The notes beneath the pieces are model-generated. The model searched no databases. It was not told the origin of the DNA and saw only the letters and a program-made list of their open reading frames with translations. A stretch of DNA of 64,000 nt from sequence record MH221129.1, one strand, 5' to 3'. Below, piece by piece: positions 1 to 10,092 of this stretch; position 1 is the stretch's first letter; each line of letters opens with the position of its first letter. Both the position numbers and the translations under genes were made by a program.

Positions 1-1
1 G

Positions 2-1492
2 TTTCGCTTTGGTCGTCAGCGCAAACGAGTCAAACTTAAACTCGTTCTTCATGGCATACAGGAACAGACGTTCTTTCGCTACGCCGATGTTAGCCGACAT
101 ACTGGCCATCAAATGACGCAGGTGCTGCGTTGCAATATAAATCATCGCATCGGAAACACGCGTCGCTTCCACACCGTAGTGCTGGCCGGTGTACCACTGT
201 GCCCACCATTGTGCCGTCATCATCGTGGAGTCTGTATCGGACACCACACCCACACGACGCACCACATCAGGCATACGCGCAATGTTAATTGGCAAGTTCT
301 TGGTGGTTAAGATGTTACGAATCAGGCACGAATACTTACCAATGGTTTTCTGCAGATAGACCGCAGAGCGAATCAGCTCTTTGTATTTGTCTTGCAGTTC
401 CCACGGTTCAGCTTTGTTGGTTTTCTCGTCTTTGAGTTTGACATCAGAGAAAGATTTTCCGAGGGGGACGATATCAGTACGGAACTGTGAAATGATGATT
501 TGCATATCGCCATCGATAGTGCGCTCAGCTGAGTCCCAATCGGTGATTTCATCTTCCATCTCCTCAGCAATCAATGCACGAACGAATTCGCGCATAAACG
601 CATCGTTGTATTTCGCCAGATGGTAGAAGTCGCCCATGTACACGAATGCTGCGCGTACCAGGTCACTACAGTTGCCCACGTAATGGCGAACAAAGTTCAG
701 ACCCTCTTCATTACGGAAGTAGAAGTCTGCAGAGTATTCGATAACTTCCATTACTTCGTCGACTGTTGGATAATGCAGGTTATACATTTCCATGCAACGT
801 TTGAATTCGTGGAAGTCAGTAAGTGTACCAATCGACAAGAGATGATCGATAACACGTGATGGGGTATCGTAATGACGATTACCACCCAACAGACGTTCGT
901 TACCTGCGTTACCGAACGACGTAGCCGTACGACAGGTAGACGTCAGTACGGAGTGTGAAGACTGGTTAAAGATTACGGTGTATGGGGAAGAGAAGGCCCC
1001 AGACATACCGTTGTTCAAAGTCTTAACGGCGTTCTGTTCGTTCTTTTTGTTAATACGTAAGACTTCATTCCCTGCCGCACCGGCGGCATACATTTCTTTC
1101 TTAACCACAGCACGCTTTCGCACGTTCTCTGCAGTGAATTCTGCAAGCTTAGAACGCTTAACGTGTTCTGGTAAATAGAAGGTCAGCGATGGCGCGGAGA
1201 TGATCTGCTTATCAATCACCGTACGGAACAGTTTATCCACGGTGGTGTACTTCTCTTCGCGATCGCCGGTCTTCTGGTTGCGCACCCACATCTTACACAC
1301 GGGGAAATCGTGTGTTAACTCGCCACCCGGAGCAAACATTTCTTCGACTTGTTGTCGACAGAACTCCAAAGAATATTTTTGAGCGGTAACGGTATGAATG
1401 TAGAGTGCCAGTTGTTCGTAGTATCCATCAATGATGTCAATATCGCGATGGTACTCGTCTTGATCCAGACGAAATGGTGAGTTGTAATCCAC
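2..1492 (-). CDS. Family B DNA polymerase subunit (split phiKZ-type), 3'-truncated by window edge
   Basis: Not in ORF track. Manual translation from GTG 1492 (SD AAGGGG) gives MDYNSPFRLDQ..., open to the edge. Motif B-like KKNEQNAVKTLNNGMSGAF and motif C-like VVSDTDST. Confidence 0.85.
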   Translation of the reverse strand, partial: MDYNSPFRLDQDEYHRDIDIIDGYYEQLALYIHTVTAQKYSLEFCRQQVEEMFAPGGELTHDFPVCKMWVRNQKTGDREEKYTTVDKLFRTVIDKQIISAPSLTFYLPEHVKRSKLAEFTAENVRKRAVVKKEMYAAGAAGNEVLRINKKNEQNAVKTLNNGMSGAFSSPYTVIFNQSSHSVLTSTCRTATSFGNAGNERLLGGNRHYDTPSRVIDHLLSIGTLTDFHEFKRCMEMYNLHYPTVDEVMEVIEYSADFYFRNEEGLNFVRHYVGNCSDLVRAAFVYMGDFYHLAKYNDAFMREFVRALIAEEMEDEITDWDSAERTIDGDMQIIISQFRTDIVPLGKSFSDVKLKDEKTNKAEPWELQDKYKELIRSAVYLQKTIGKYSCLIRNILTTKNLPINIARMPDVVRRVGVVSDTDSTMMTAQWWAQWYTGQHYGVEATRVSDAMIYIATQHLRHLMASMSANIGVAKERLFLYAMKNEFKFDSFALTTKAK

Positions 1493-1540
1493 GACTGGCC
1501 CCTTGGTTAGTCCTCTGCTATAAGACTTCCCGGAAACGTG

Positions 1541-1568
1541 AAAAAAGAAACCCACTCCGAAGAGTGGG
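1541..1568 (-). terminator. Intrinsic terminator
   Basis: CCCACTC-UUCG-GAGTGGG hairpin followed by a U-rich tract on minus strand. Confidence 0.75.
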
Positions 1569-1574
1569 GATTTC

Positions 1575-1985
1575 TTAACCGGCCACGTTGTCGATGATTT
1601 CAAAATCGACATCGTTAAAGCCCTTGGAGGCCAGTGCCAGTTTCAATTCATCGATTTCTTGCTTGTTATCGAGTGTAACTGTGAATCTAACAGAGACGCT
1701 CTCGATAATCTGCACGTTACGAATCCACGCATCTGCAGCAACCTTCGGCTTGCCGTCGGTACCTTTGAAGATGAGGTACGTGTATTTGTTCACGTTGTCT
1801 TCAGGTTGTGACACAAGCGAAGAGTAAATGTTCTTCTGCTCGGCCATGATGTCCTGATAACTTTTGGCCATCTCGTAGCCAGCGCCTGTGGCTAACACGA
1901 TAACACGCGTTTCTTGTCCTTTCAGCGGGGTGTCGTAAACGATGTTTACTTTCTGTCCCGCAACCAGGGTACGTACATCAAACAT
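1575..1985 (-). CDS. Hypothetical protein (136 aa)
   Basis: ORF with SD GGAGG, stop/start overlap with the upstream gene. Confidence 0.8.
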   Translation of the reverse strand: MFDVRTLVAGQKVNIVYDTPLKGQETRVIVLATGAGYEMAKSYQDIMAEQKNIYSSLVSQPEDNVNKYTYLIFKGTDGKPKVAADAWIRNVQIIESVSVRFTVTLDNKQEIDELKLALASKGFNDVDFEIIDNVAG

Positions 1986-2584
1986 TATTCCTCCTCCGGA
2001 ACATCAATCAGTAGCCTCATATCCAGTGCGTTGGATGATGAACTTCTGGGGAAATCGACCTTCAATACCAGAGTACGGATGGCACCTAAATACGCCTGTG
2101 AAAACATCTTCACCGGTTCTTCGTAGTGGTGCATCACCGCATCCGTAATAGCGGTCGCCATCAGATCGAGCGTATAATGTTTGAGCGTTTCCCAGTGAGA
2201 ACTGTCGCGCTCTTTGTAAGCTAACGCTAAATCCAGCAATGGAGCCAGTCCGTTAAAATGCGTTTCGGCACAAGACTCCATTGCAACGTTGAACTTCCAC
2301 CGACGGTACTCGTCCGTCAGCAACGTAAAGAAGTCGTGTAGGAAGGTTAGGTCAGTACGTGGCAGCATACAACGAAAGTCATACGTGTAACTCGTTAAAG
2401 TCTCGCGTATGATTTCATGTACCTCATCATGCTCTAACTCCTTTACGGGCATCTCTACCGTGATACGCGGTAATCGGGTGACGGTGTTAATCACCAAATC
2501 CAAAAACCGCGGCCCATCGGGCAAGTACCCCACGACCCCCAAATCCACATTAATTAAGTGGTTGGCGATCACTTTGTAAATCAT
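1985..2584 (-). CDS. Hypothetical protein (199 aa)
   Basis: ORF in tightly packed operon. Confidence 0.8.
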   Translation of the reverse strand: MIYKVIANHLINVDLGVVGYLPDGPRFLDLVINTVTRLPRITVEMPVKELEHDEVHEIIRETLTSYTYDFRCMLPRTDLTFLHDFFTLLTDEYRRWKFNVAMESCAETHFNGLAPLLDLALAYKERDSSHWETLKHYTLDLMATAITDAVMHHYEEPVKMFSQAYLGAIRTLVLKVDFPRSSSSNALDMRLLIDVPEEE

Positions 2585-2593
2585 TACTGCCCC

Positions 2594-3031
2594 TTAGCAT
2601 TCAACACAAACCATTGCGTTGCCTATTTCGTTCATAAGGAGAGAAACCTTCGTTTTCTCCGCACCTTCTTTTGGTGTTAATCCTGCCAACGACCAAGTGC
2701 GTTCGACCAAAGAGAGAATGTCATAGAACCGAATATCGCGTTCCACCTCTGAGGAAATATCCCACGACATTAACGGCACAACCTTATCTCTTCCCCACAT
2801 CGCCGCGAGTTGTTGCGTTATCAGATGCGTCTTTGGGGGAATAAACGTCAGGAAACTTTCTCCACGGCCTGCACCTTCCACGATAGACTTCACCGTAGCT
2901 TCGGCATAACAGGCCAGAAACAAATAAGCGATAGCGGGCTCGACCTTGCTTTTATCCGCAAGTTCGGCCCGATGCAGCAACGACTCATGCTCAAACACTT
3001 CAGCAATTGTCATATAGAGTTTCATTCGCAA
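2594..3031 (-). CDS. Hypothetical protein (~145 aa)
   Basis: ORF in tightly packed operon. Confidence 0.75.
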   Translation of the reverse strand: MRMKLYMTIAEVFEHESLLHRAELADKSKVEPAIAYLFLACYAEATVKSIVEGAGRGESFLTFIPPKTHLITQQLAAMWGRDKVVPLMSWDISSEVERDIRFYDILSLVERTWSLAGLTPKEGAEKTKVSLLMNEIGNAMVCVEC

Positions 3032-3576
3032 ATAAGCACCACGTCGTTGAAAGAGTCGCCGATGTGTGTAAAGTATCGGCCGGGATACAGGGATTCAATT
3101 AATCCCGCGAAACCCGTTGGCCCTTCCAGTTCTTTGGATAACAATTCCACCACCGCTGAGAACGCCAGCTGATGCTGTGCATCGTCGCCTTGTGCGGACA
3201 AAAATGTTGAAACGCTTAGTTCGTTAGTAGCAAACGCGTCAGCAACGATAAGCTTATTCATGTCCAGCCCTAACGTTTTCTCTGGCGGTTCAGTCTGCAG
3301 GATATGTAAACCCGAATCGTCGATCACATCACTCCAGTCACCGACCGGATCAAAAGTGTCTTCTGTAAACAGGTCGAGCATCTTCTGCACATCGCGGGTT
3401 TTCACACCGATGATATACGCGTAAGCAAACCGCTGATAAAACTCGCGGATATTGAACTCGTCTATCTCGAGGTTACTCGCCTCCAGTACATGCAGGGTCG
3501 CTTCACGAACTGTTTCGTAAAACTTGCTTGCGCCGTACTGGTTCGCGATGTCTGCCACATCGAACATCACTCTCAT
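3022..3576 (-). CDS. Hypothetical protein (184 aa)
   Basis: ORF, ATGA overlap with upstream gene. Confidence 0.8.
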   Translation of the reverse strand: MRVMFDVADIANQYGASKFYETVREATLHVLEASNLEIDEFNIREFYQRFAYAYIIGVKTRDVQKMLDLFTEDTFDPVGDWSDVIDDSGLHILQTEPPEKTLGLDMNKLIVADAFATNELSVSTFLSAQGDDAQHQLAFSAVVELLSKELEGPTGFAGLIESLYPGRYFTHIGDSFNDVVLICE

Positions 3577-4079
3577 AGTGCCCCTCCAAGGTTACCGATA
3601 AGCAGCTCGATAACCGGAAGCAGCTGCGGAGTAATGGTTTCATACGCTTGCGGATTGTTGTACTGTGGGAACTTCATTCCGCCGCTATAGTCAAGCAGGA
3701 ACTCAACAGCGGCCGGATTATGGGTGGTGTACTGTGCCGCACACCAACGCCCGTAATGCGTGAACCATAGTGGCGATGACGCCACCGCGGTCATATACGC
3801 TTTCCCAATGTTTTGAATAGCCGTACCGTAGGTGATGACCTGATTACCTTCCAACACAATACCGTGCTGGTTCAGCACTTTCGCCACGTACTCAAAAGTG
3901 TTGGTCATCATAAACTTCAGCTCGCCGACTGACCCCTGTTCAACAAACTGCATGGCCGTATTGATAACCTGATTCAGGTCATCGTTCACTTCGCGAAGTA
4001 CCTCGTTAGGCGGGAACTCCGTTAATGGCCCAGCTATAAACAAATAGTCTGGGATGATGAAGTGGGAACGTTCAAGCAT
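3573..4079 (-). CDS. Hypothetical protein (168 aa)
   Basis: ORF in operon. Confidence 0.8.
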   Translation of the reverse strand: MLERSHFIIPDYLFIAGPLTEFPPNEVLREVNDDLNQVINTAMQFVEQGSVGELKFMMTNTFEYVAKVLNQHGIVLEGNQVITYGTAIQNIGKAYMTAVASSPLWFTHYGRWCAAQYTTHNPAAVEFLLDYSGGMKFPQYNNPQAYETITPQLLPVIELLIGNLGGAL

Positions 4080-4473
4080 TATACGTGACCCCTGTAGTTA
4101 ACATTTTCCAGATGCCGCCTCCTACATGCCAGAGAAGGAAGTCTGATTGCGGAAGAAGTTTTAAGTCTTCATCCAACGCATACCACAAATCAGTACCTGT
4201 GGTTAGCTCGGTGAATATCTGATTCCATTGCCAGAACTTATCGCCCTGTTCTATCGAGAAAAGAGGCTTATCTTCAAAGACCTCTTTTAGCATCGAATTC
4301 AACAACGTTATCTCAACACCGTGCTTACGTCGGAGTACGTCGAAACGAACAATAACTTCGACGTACTCATCAACCATCTGCGCCACATCCACGTATTCAA
4401 CGTAGGCGACGGCTTTAACTTTCTGCATGAGTGCCCCGTACAAGTTGGGGAACTCAAGATACACCGTCATCAT
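4072..4473 (-). CDS. Hypothetical protein (133 aa)
   Basis: ORF in operon. Confidence 0.8.
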   Translation of the reverse strand: MMTVYLEFPNLYGALMQKVKAVAYVEYVDVAQMVDEYVEVIVRFDVLRRKHGVEITLLNSMLKEVFEDKPLFSIEQGDKFWQWNQIFTELTTGTDLWYALDEDLKLLPQSDFLLWHVGGGIWKMLTTGVTYNA

Positions 4474-4828
4474 AAACGTCTGTTACCTTTTGTGGGATGA
4501 AGCGGAGGATTCTATCCGCTTGGTTAAAGTAATATCGGTACCCCTTGGGAGGAATGCCCATTTCATCGCAAATGGCCCGACGAACATGTGAAGCGATCAT
4601 ATGTGCGACTGCGGCTTTAGTCCTGGGACGGTACGCATTCACGATAAGATTCGTTACTTGCGCATCCCAGGTACCGTGTTCAGTAAAGTTGGGAATCATG
4701 TACTCAATCATGTACAAAACGATATGTTTAAGCCCTGTAGACATATCGTACCCACTAAACGGAACATCCATCGGATCATTCAAGATCCGGAGGTATGCCG
4801 TCGAGGCAATGTGATCTATCAACACCAT
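4454..4828 (-). CDS. Hypothetical protein (start uncertain: 4828 or 4891)
   Basis: ORF in operon; the downstream ATG reduces overlap with the neighbour. Confidence 0.65.
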   Translation of the reverse strand: MVLIDHIASTAYLRILNDPMDVPFSGYDMSTGLKHIVLYMIEYMIPNFTEHGTWDAQVTNLIVNAYRPRTKAAVAHMIASHVRRAICDEMGIPPKGYRYYFNQADRILRFIPQKVTDVYDDGVS

Positions 4829-5339
4829 CCGGACGGTACCGCTTGTTAGGGAAGCACTTGCGGTAGTGGATGAATCTGATATCTTCTCCAATTTGCAGCT
4901 CCAACTGTTGGATCTGTCCGCGATGTGTTACATGTGGTTCTAACTTCACGGTCGCGTAACGGTTGTAAGGATGCTTAGCAACTTTCAGACTGCTCTCAAT
5001 CAATGTGGCGATATTGTCGACAAACTGATTGTAACAATCTTCGAAGGCTAACCCGATAAGATATTGCGTTGAACGTAAAACAGCTACGGTTTCACTCTTC
5101 TTCGCAATCGGGGCACCCAACCCTCCACTGGAGACGTATACACGTTCCGCCTGAACTGTCTTTGGTGGGGCTATCAGCTGCTCTGCAACAAGCATGAGTG
5201 TTAAGTCGAATGCATCAATATAGGGTTCCAGTAACGGTTCCATCCGCGCATTAGGCATTTCCGGAACCGAATAAAAGATATCTTCGAGTGCTGTATGCAA
5301 CAGTTGTACAGTTACGGCTTCACGTTCCTTTTGGCTCAT
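4776..5339 (-). CDS. Hypothetical protein (~187 aa, MSQKERE...)
   Basis: Start reassigned to ATG 5339, which overlaps the stop of the upstream gene (ATGA). Confidence 0.75.
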   Translation of the reverse strand: MSQKEREAVTVQLLHTALEDIFYSVPEMPNARMEPLLEPYIDAFDLTLMLVAEQLIAPPKTVQAERVYVSSGGLGAPIAKKSETVAVLRSTQYLIGLAFEDCYNQFVDNIATLIESSLKVAKHPYNRYATVKLEPHVTHRGQIQQLELQIGEDIRFIHYRKCFPNKRYRPDGVDRSHCLDGIPPDLE

Positions 5340-5656
5340 CCGCAAAGCGGTAGCGTATGGGGTTGAATTGACTGACCCCCAGAAGCTAGAATGAACTTCA
5401 GCTGGTTCGAGGTATATTCTGACCACGTTTGCACAACTCCGTTTTTGTAGTATAAAGGAGAGCGATGGTGTCGGCCCAATGCCGAGATTACAAACCACGC
5501 CTCCGTGCCAAAGTGTTTTTCTGCAATCGTTAACCACTCGCGTGGCAAGTCATGCGTACCTGGATAGATGAGTTCTTGCATCGCATTTAAGATAAATTGC
5601 GCAGGTACAACACGTTCATCTTGTCCAGGGTAAAAATTGAAGAACATGCGCGTCAT
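5336..5656 (-). CDS. Hypothetical protein (106 aa)
   Basis: SD AAGGAG; AT-rich promoter-like motif upstream at ~5690. Confidence 0.75.
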   Translation of the reverse strand: MTRMFFNFYPGQDERVVPAQFILNAMQELIYPGTHDLPREWLTIAEKHFGTEAWFVISALGRHHRSPLYYKNGVVQTWSEYTSNQLKFILASGGQSIQPHTLPLCG

Positions 5657-5821
5657 CGAAAAATGCTCCTTAAGGATAATTCACGAAGATAATATCTATG
5701 CAAAATTTCTTCGAGTGGTGGTGCGCACATAAAGGCCGTTAAACGTATTTTTAATACATATCCATGGGATAGCATTACCAAATGGTATGAGCTGTCCTAC
5801 GTGCTTTACAGGAGCCTTAGA

Positions 5822-6634
5822 ATGAACGTTATAGATTACTGTCTGCGGAAAATTCGCCGCGACATTCCCGAGCCCATTCTACGGGCAGCCTTTGCTCCAG
5901 AGAACCTAAAGCTGTTGGGCATCGCAAGTTCTGTAGACAATGAGATACATCAGAAGGTCATTCGCGAATATCTCATTCCAGAAGTGTCCCGTTTGGGGCA
6001 GTATCAGGAAGTGGACTTAGAAGGGATACCTTGGGATAACGATACCCAAGACTATTTCAGCCGCGTCTATTACTTGGACGACATCAAAACTGGCGGACGT
6101 CCTATTCTTGATGCCCATATCGCAGTCACCCCGGTAGCCGGTCAGGCGTACACTTTACCACCGGCAGGTTCATATCTCGATGGTGCAACCTCCGGTGTGT
6201 TGGCCTCCACCCAACAGGTGGTTGATAGCCAATCCGCGTTCCCACGTATTGCTTCTCCGGAAGTTAACGTGCTGGGGCCAAACACGATCCGTATCAAAGA
6301 CCCCGGAATGTTTGTTTACTCAACCAAGCTGGCAGTGAAGTTTGAACTGTCTCCAGAGTTGAATGAAATCAAGCCGGCGTTTTATCCTGTTGTTGCTGAA
6401 CTGGCTGTGTACGCAACCAAGCAAGCGATTTACAACAAGATGATTTTCGACATGGACTCTGGTAAACTGGAGAACGGTATGGAGTTCGGGGCGTTTAAGA
6501 ACGTTATCGAAAACTACTCCGATGCTGGTCAGATGTTTGACGATACTGTGCCGAAACTGCAACGTGCTCTGGTTCACAACGACGACATTGGCAACCGTTG
6601 GAACTACATGTCTGGTGGTCGTTTCAAATCGTAA
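5822..6634 (+). CDS. Conserved jumbo-phage protein, probably virion structural (270 aa)
   Basis: SD GGAG before ATG 5822, phage-like codon usage, own terminator. Function inferred from context only. Confidence 0.7.
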   Translation: MNVIDYCLRKIRRDIPEPILRAAFAPENLKLLGIASSVDNEIHQKVIREYLIPEVSRLGQYQEVDLEGIPWDNDTQDYFSRVYYLDDIKTGGRPILDAHIAVTPVAGQAYTLPPAGSYLDGATSGVLASTQQVVDSQSAFPRIASPEVNVLGPNTIRIKDPGMFVYSTKLAVKFELSPELNEIKPAFYPVVAELAVYATKQAIYNKMIFDMDSGKLENGMEFGAFKNVIENYSDAGQMFDDTVPKLQRALVHNDDIGNRWNYMSGGRFKS

Positions 6635-6649
6635 GAAAAAAAAGATATA

Positions 6650-6677
6650 GTACCTCTACTCATCGGAGTAGAGGTAC
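6650..6677. terminator. Bidirectional intrinsic terminator
   Basis: 12-bp stem GTACCTCTACTC/GAGTAGAGGTAC with A-run left and T-run right, between convergent genes. Confidence 0.8.
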
Positions 6678-6686
6678 CTTTTTCTT

Positions 6687-7085
6687 TTAACTGGCCGGAC
6701 CCAACACTTCCTTTAAGTGATGAGTAATACCCGACGTCCAAGCGTCGCCTTCACGTACAGTTTCCGGTTGCGCATTTACCAGGCGGCGAAGAGAAATGGT
6801 GTGCTCTGCCAATCCTGCAATGGGTAGTACCGGACGTACGGTGGCTTGCTTAACGTAATCAACAACGTCTTCACAGCCTTCGGTAGAAGACCAGTCAATC
6901 TCTACGTTGTCGCACACTTCCAGTTGACGGGTGTTGTTCTCTTCGTCGGGGTGGAAGGTGAAACCCCATTTAATGGTGTCCAGGAGACCACGGTCAAGGT
7001 CGTTGACCACTTTGATTTTCGCGAGGGTATCCGGATGCGCCATAATCACGTCCATCGGACGCAGTTTACTTTTCATGCTGAGCAT
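6687..7085 (-). CDS. Hypothetical protein (132 aa)
   Basis: ORF with SD AGGAG. Confidence 0.75.
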   Translation of the reverse strand: MLSMKSKLRPMDVIMAHPDTLAKIKVVNDLDRGLLDTIKWGFTFHPDEENNTRQLEVCDNVEIDWSSTEGCEDVVDYVKQATVRPVLPIAGLAEHTISLRRLVNAQPETVREGDAWTSGITHHLKEVLGPAS

Positions 7086-7146
7086 CTCCTTTGGAATCTA
7101 TTACAGCACAGACTCCCTAAAGGATAGGCTGGTGCCGTAAAAAAGG

Positions 7147-7560
7147 TCAGTGTAATGTGCCGAGAGTTTTATAATGTACGTAGTTCAACGTGTGTAGCGC
7201 GTCTACCAGGATTGCGAATACTTCCTCATAAGGAAGAGTCTGGTGTAGCATAGCGTGGCACATCGACTGGAATAAAGAAGGTACAAGTTTTGGCGTAGAA
7301 GCCAAAGCCATCACTTCTGTTCTACTTAATGATTCGTTTGTTGTGATGGTTGGTACTGCGGCTCCGCAGTACAACGCGGTTCCCTCAAAAATATCCATCT
7401 TATCAAGCCATGGTCTAAACTGCGGTATATCAACCAACACAGGCATTAGGTCGTTAGCGATAATCCCACTGTAATCATTTTCGATCACTTTCAGCATTGC
7501 CGGGATTCTACCTTCATTTAAACATGCAAAGAAATCGAGTACAGGTTTAGTTTGCTTCAT
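7147..7560 (-). CDS. Hypothetical protein (137 aa)
   Basis: ORF with SD GGAGG. Confidence 0.75.
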   Translation of the reverse strand: MKQTKPVLDFFACLNEGRIPAMLKVIENDYSGIIANDLMPVLVDIPQFRPWLDKMDIFEGTALYCGAAVPTITTNESLSRTEVMALASTPKLVPSLFQSMCHAMLHQTLPYEEVFAILVDALHTLNYVHYKTLGTLH

Positions 7561-7603
7561 CGAATCTTCCTCCTATATTAACCTGCCCATGACGTGAAAA
7601 ATC

Positions 7604-7633
7604 AAAAAAAAATGAGGGGACCGAAGTCCCCTC
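7604..7633 (-). terminator. Intrinsic terminator
   Basis: GAGGGGAC-UUCG-GTCCCCTC hairpin plus U-tract. Confidence 0.75.
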
Positions 7634-7647
7634 TAAAGCATCGACTA

Positions 7648-8607
7648 CTAACCAAAAATGGTTAACCATTCCTCACGTGGGAACAAGTTATAAACGTCTT
7701 CCGGTACATTCAACAGCAGAGCCCAACCCTGGTGCCCATTCGGGTAGTACGAAACCGTTGGGCCGGTCTCTGGGTTCTTAAGGCCGTAGACTTCTTTCCA
7801 ACCAGAAAGCTCTTTGACGTACGTAACAACAGTACCGTCAGGTAGACGTACACCAGGAAGCCAACTGAACGGCCAGTAGTGTACATTGGTGTAGATAGGC
7901 AGACGTGAGATAGTCGCGTCCAGGTCTAACTCTTCGGGATGCAGTTGTTTGTAAAGCGTCTGCCACATGCAACGGTCTGTCGGGTCGGTAGGAATGTTAA
8001 ACCGTGTCCAGGTACCTTCCCCGAACGGATTATTGATATTAAACCACTCTGCCCAGCCGGCACGTAGTGCGGTCACGGCCTTGCCTACGGAGTTAACGTC
8101 GGTAGGCAGCATAAACGGCGTAACATTAAAGTCACGATAGATGTGCTGTTGCTGTTCGCCGGTAGTTATCAGGCGGTGTATCTCGCGGAGACGATTCATC
8201 TTGATGCGTAAGCCACCGTTAGTCTGTACTAAACGACGACCTGCTTCCGGATCTTCAGAGCGCTCCGTGAACAGCGCATCGCCATAGTGGCGAACGAACT
8301 CAATGCTCAGGAAACGCGTATGGTACGTTGGTGAACGGTACTCCATAAAGTCGTTCATCTGAAAATGGAAGTGGTCTAATGGCTCACCGTTTGTCCATTT
8401 GTGGGTAAACTTAAACTCGAAGTTATTGTACTGCAGAGCATCTTCTACAGCACGAATGGCTTCCCATGCGTGAATGTTCGTACGGAACATCGACGGGAAT
8501 GGATAGAAACGACGAGGGAGGAAAGGTCGAATACGGGTGGCCTCTTCAATGGTGAAGCCATCTTGGTGCATACCCTCGATTGCGCTAACGGCGTTAGGAC
8601 GGTTCAT
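7648..8607 (-). CDS. Hypothetical protein (319 aa)
   Basis: Long ORF, promoter-like motif upstream (~8670-8685). Confidence 0.8.
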   Translation of the reverse strand: MNRPNAVSAIEGMHQDGFTIEEATRIRPFLPRRFYPFPSMFRTNIHAWEAIRAVEDALQYNNFEFKFTHKWTNGEPLDHFHFQMNDFMEYRSPTYHTRFLSIEFVRHYGDALFTERSEDPEAGRRLVQTNGGLRIKMNRLREIHRLITTGEQQQHIYRDFNVTPFMLPTDVNSVGKAVTALRAGWAEWFNINNPFGEGTWTRFNIPTDPTDRCMWQTLYKQLHPEELDLDATISRLPIYTNVHYWPFSWLPGVRLPDGTVVTYVKELSGWKEVYGLKNPETGPTVSYYPNGHQGWALLLNVPEDVYNLFPREEWLTIFG

Positions 8608-8696
8608 GGTCGATTACCTTATAGTCGATTAATAGGATTGTAGACGAGGATTTCTCATCTCCTGTAAATGATATCTATCTATGATTTTTTTGAATA

Positions 8697-8737
8697 CAAA
8701 AAAAGAAAAGGTTGTCCTCACTCCGAAGAGTGAGGAC
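8697..8737 (-). terminator. Intrinsic terminator
   Basis: GTCCTCACTC-UUCG-GAGTGAGGAC hairpin plus U-tract. Confidence 0.75.
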
Positions 8738-8830
8738 TTCCCTGGTGTTGGCATATAAATCTACAAGGTCTTACAGGTCATTCAGACGAGGGCTAATCGT
8801 CAGGAACTTAGCTACTGGGCGTTAGCTAAT

Positions 8831-9646
8831 TCATTTAAGAACGTCGGTGGTCTTACCGTGGGAGTTAACCACGTAGACTTCGTCGCCCTTATAAAACAGT
8901 TCGTAGAGAGCACCGGTGCTGATTTGATTGTCAGCATCGTATCCCGACTCTTCTTCAACACACATCACGCCGATCAGTTCGTCGACTGAACGGTCGCCAG
9001 GTCGTGCACCTTTCAAGACAGTAACGACATATTCACCGTTAATCCACCGTGATTCCTCCCGTATGTCGGAGAACTCCATGGTTTGACCAGATTCTAACTC
9101 AACCTGTTTTAACTCAGCACGTGTATAGATTACTACGTGCAAATCACTGTCTGGGGAAGGTTTTAAATTGATAAGCTTATCCGGGTCCACAACACCACGT
9201 AGTTGATGGAACACCTTTACGGCATCGGTGCTTACTGGCAGCACTAAGATACCGGCTTCCACCACATCGTCTTTAATATCACTAATAAAACGGCTGATAT
9301 TTTTGTAATAAAAAACACAGCGCTGTTCAAAAGGATCAGGCATAACGATGTTTGGAAAAATTGCACACAGGTAGCCGTAAGCTGCCGGTTCAGACATCGC
9401 GAGTTTAGTTTCGAATGTCAGGATATCCGAGGGCATGTGCGTATTCGGATCGATTTCTTCCGGTAAACATCGCTTTAATCCCGGATTAATCGCCAATAGA
9501 CCTTCGTCGGTCACGATATCAAATCGTTCGTTCTCGAACATCTTCATGGCTTCGCGGAAGACACGAGATTTACGGTCGCCCACACGAACTTTTTTGTGTT
9601 CAGTGCTGATGCGGTCACCATCAATAACACGTTTTACTGTAAACAT
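8831..9646 (-). CDS. Hypothetical protein (271 aa)
   Basis: Long ORF with SD GAGG. Confidence 0.8.
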   Translation of the reverse strand: MFTVKRVIDGDRISTEHKKVRVGDRKSRVFREAMKMFENERFDIVTDEGLLAINPGLKRCLPEEIDPNTHMPSDILTFETKLAMSEPAAYGYLCAIFPNIVMPDPFEQRCVFYYKNISRFISDIKDDVVEAGILVLPVSTDAVKVFHQLRGVVDPDKLINLKPSPDSDLHVVIYTRAELKQVELESGQTMEFSDIREESRWINGEYVVTVLKGARPGDRSVDELIGVMCVEEESGYDADNQISTGALYELFYKGDEVYVVNSHGKTTDVLK

Positions 9647-9679
9647 GCTTCTTTCCTCTTGTTACTACTGTTGCTGCTT

Positions 9680-10010
9680 CTATTGGGAGTCCGCGACTTT
9701 TCCCTCGCGGGGGTTCGACCGAAGTCGAATTAGATTTCCAGGGCAGTGTACGACAACACACCAGGCATGGTTAGTATTAGTTGGCTACTGCCCCAGAAAA
9801 GCTGCTTATAAATGGCATCAGCCACACCCCCGGAGAACAGCCCATGCAGGTAGGCGGCAGTTAGGGGTGTGGCCAATGGTTGGTTCGTTGTTCCGTAGCG
9901 AAACAAGCCTGGAGACTACGCAAGCTACAAAACAACGAGAGGGTTTCGTGTTACTCCCGACCACGATTGGATAAGCGTCTTATTTCGAATGTCTTCGGGA
10001 TAGGAATAAC
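9680..10010 (-). ncRNA. Candidate structured ncRNA(s) downstream of tRNA-Asn
   Basis: 15-bp, 12-bp and 10-bp helices with G-U pairs favouring the minus strand, plus a UUCG hairpin; no credible ORF. Confidence 0.5.
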
Positions 10011-10016
10011 ACAAAA

Positions 10017-10092
10017 TGGCGACTCAGACAGGACTCGAACCTGTGACATATGGATTAACAGTCCACCGTTCTACCAACTGAACTACAGAGTC
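10017..10092 (-). tRNA. tRNA-Asn (GTT)
   Basis: Full cloverleaf, anticodon arm GTGGA-CT-GTT-AA-TCCAT, encoded CCA. Confidence 0.95.

Noticed and set aside
113-1382. Several short + strand ORFs in the ORF track
   Set aside because: Antisense shadows of the truncated DNA polymerase gene, which is open on the minus strand from 1492 to the edge.
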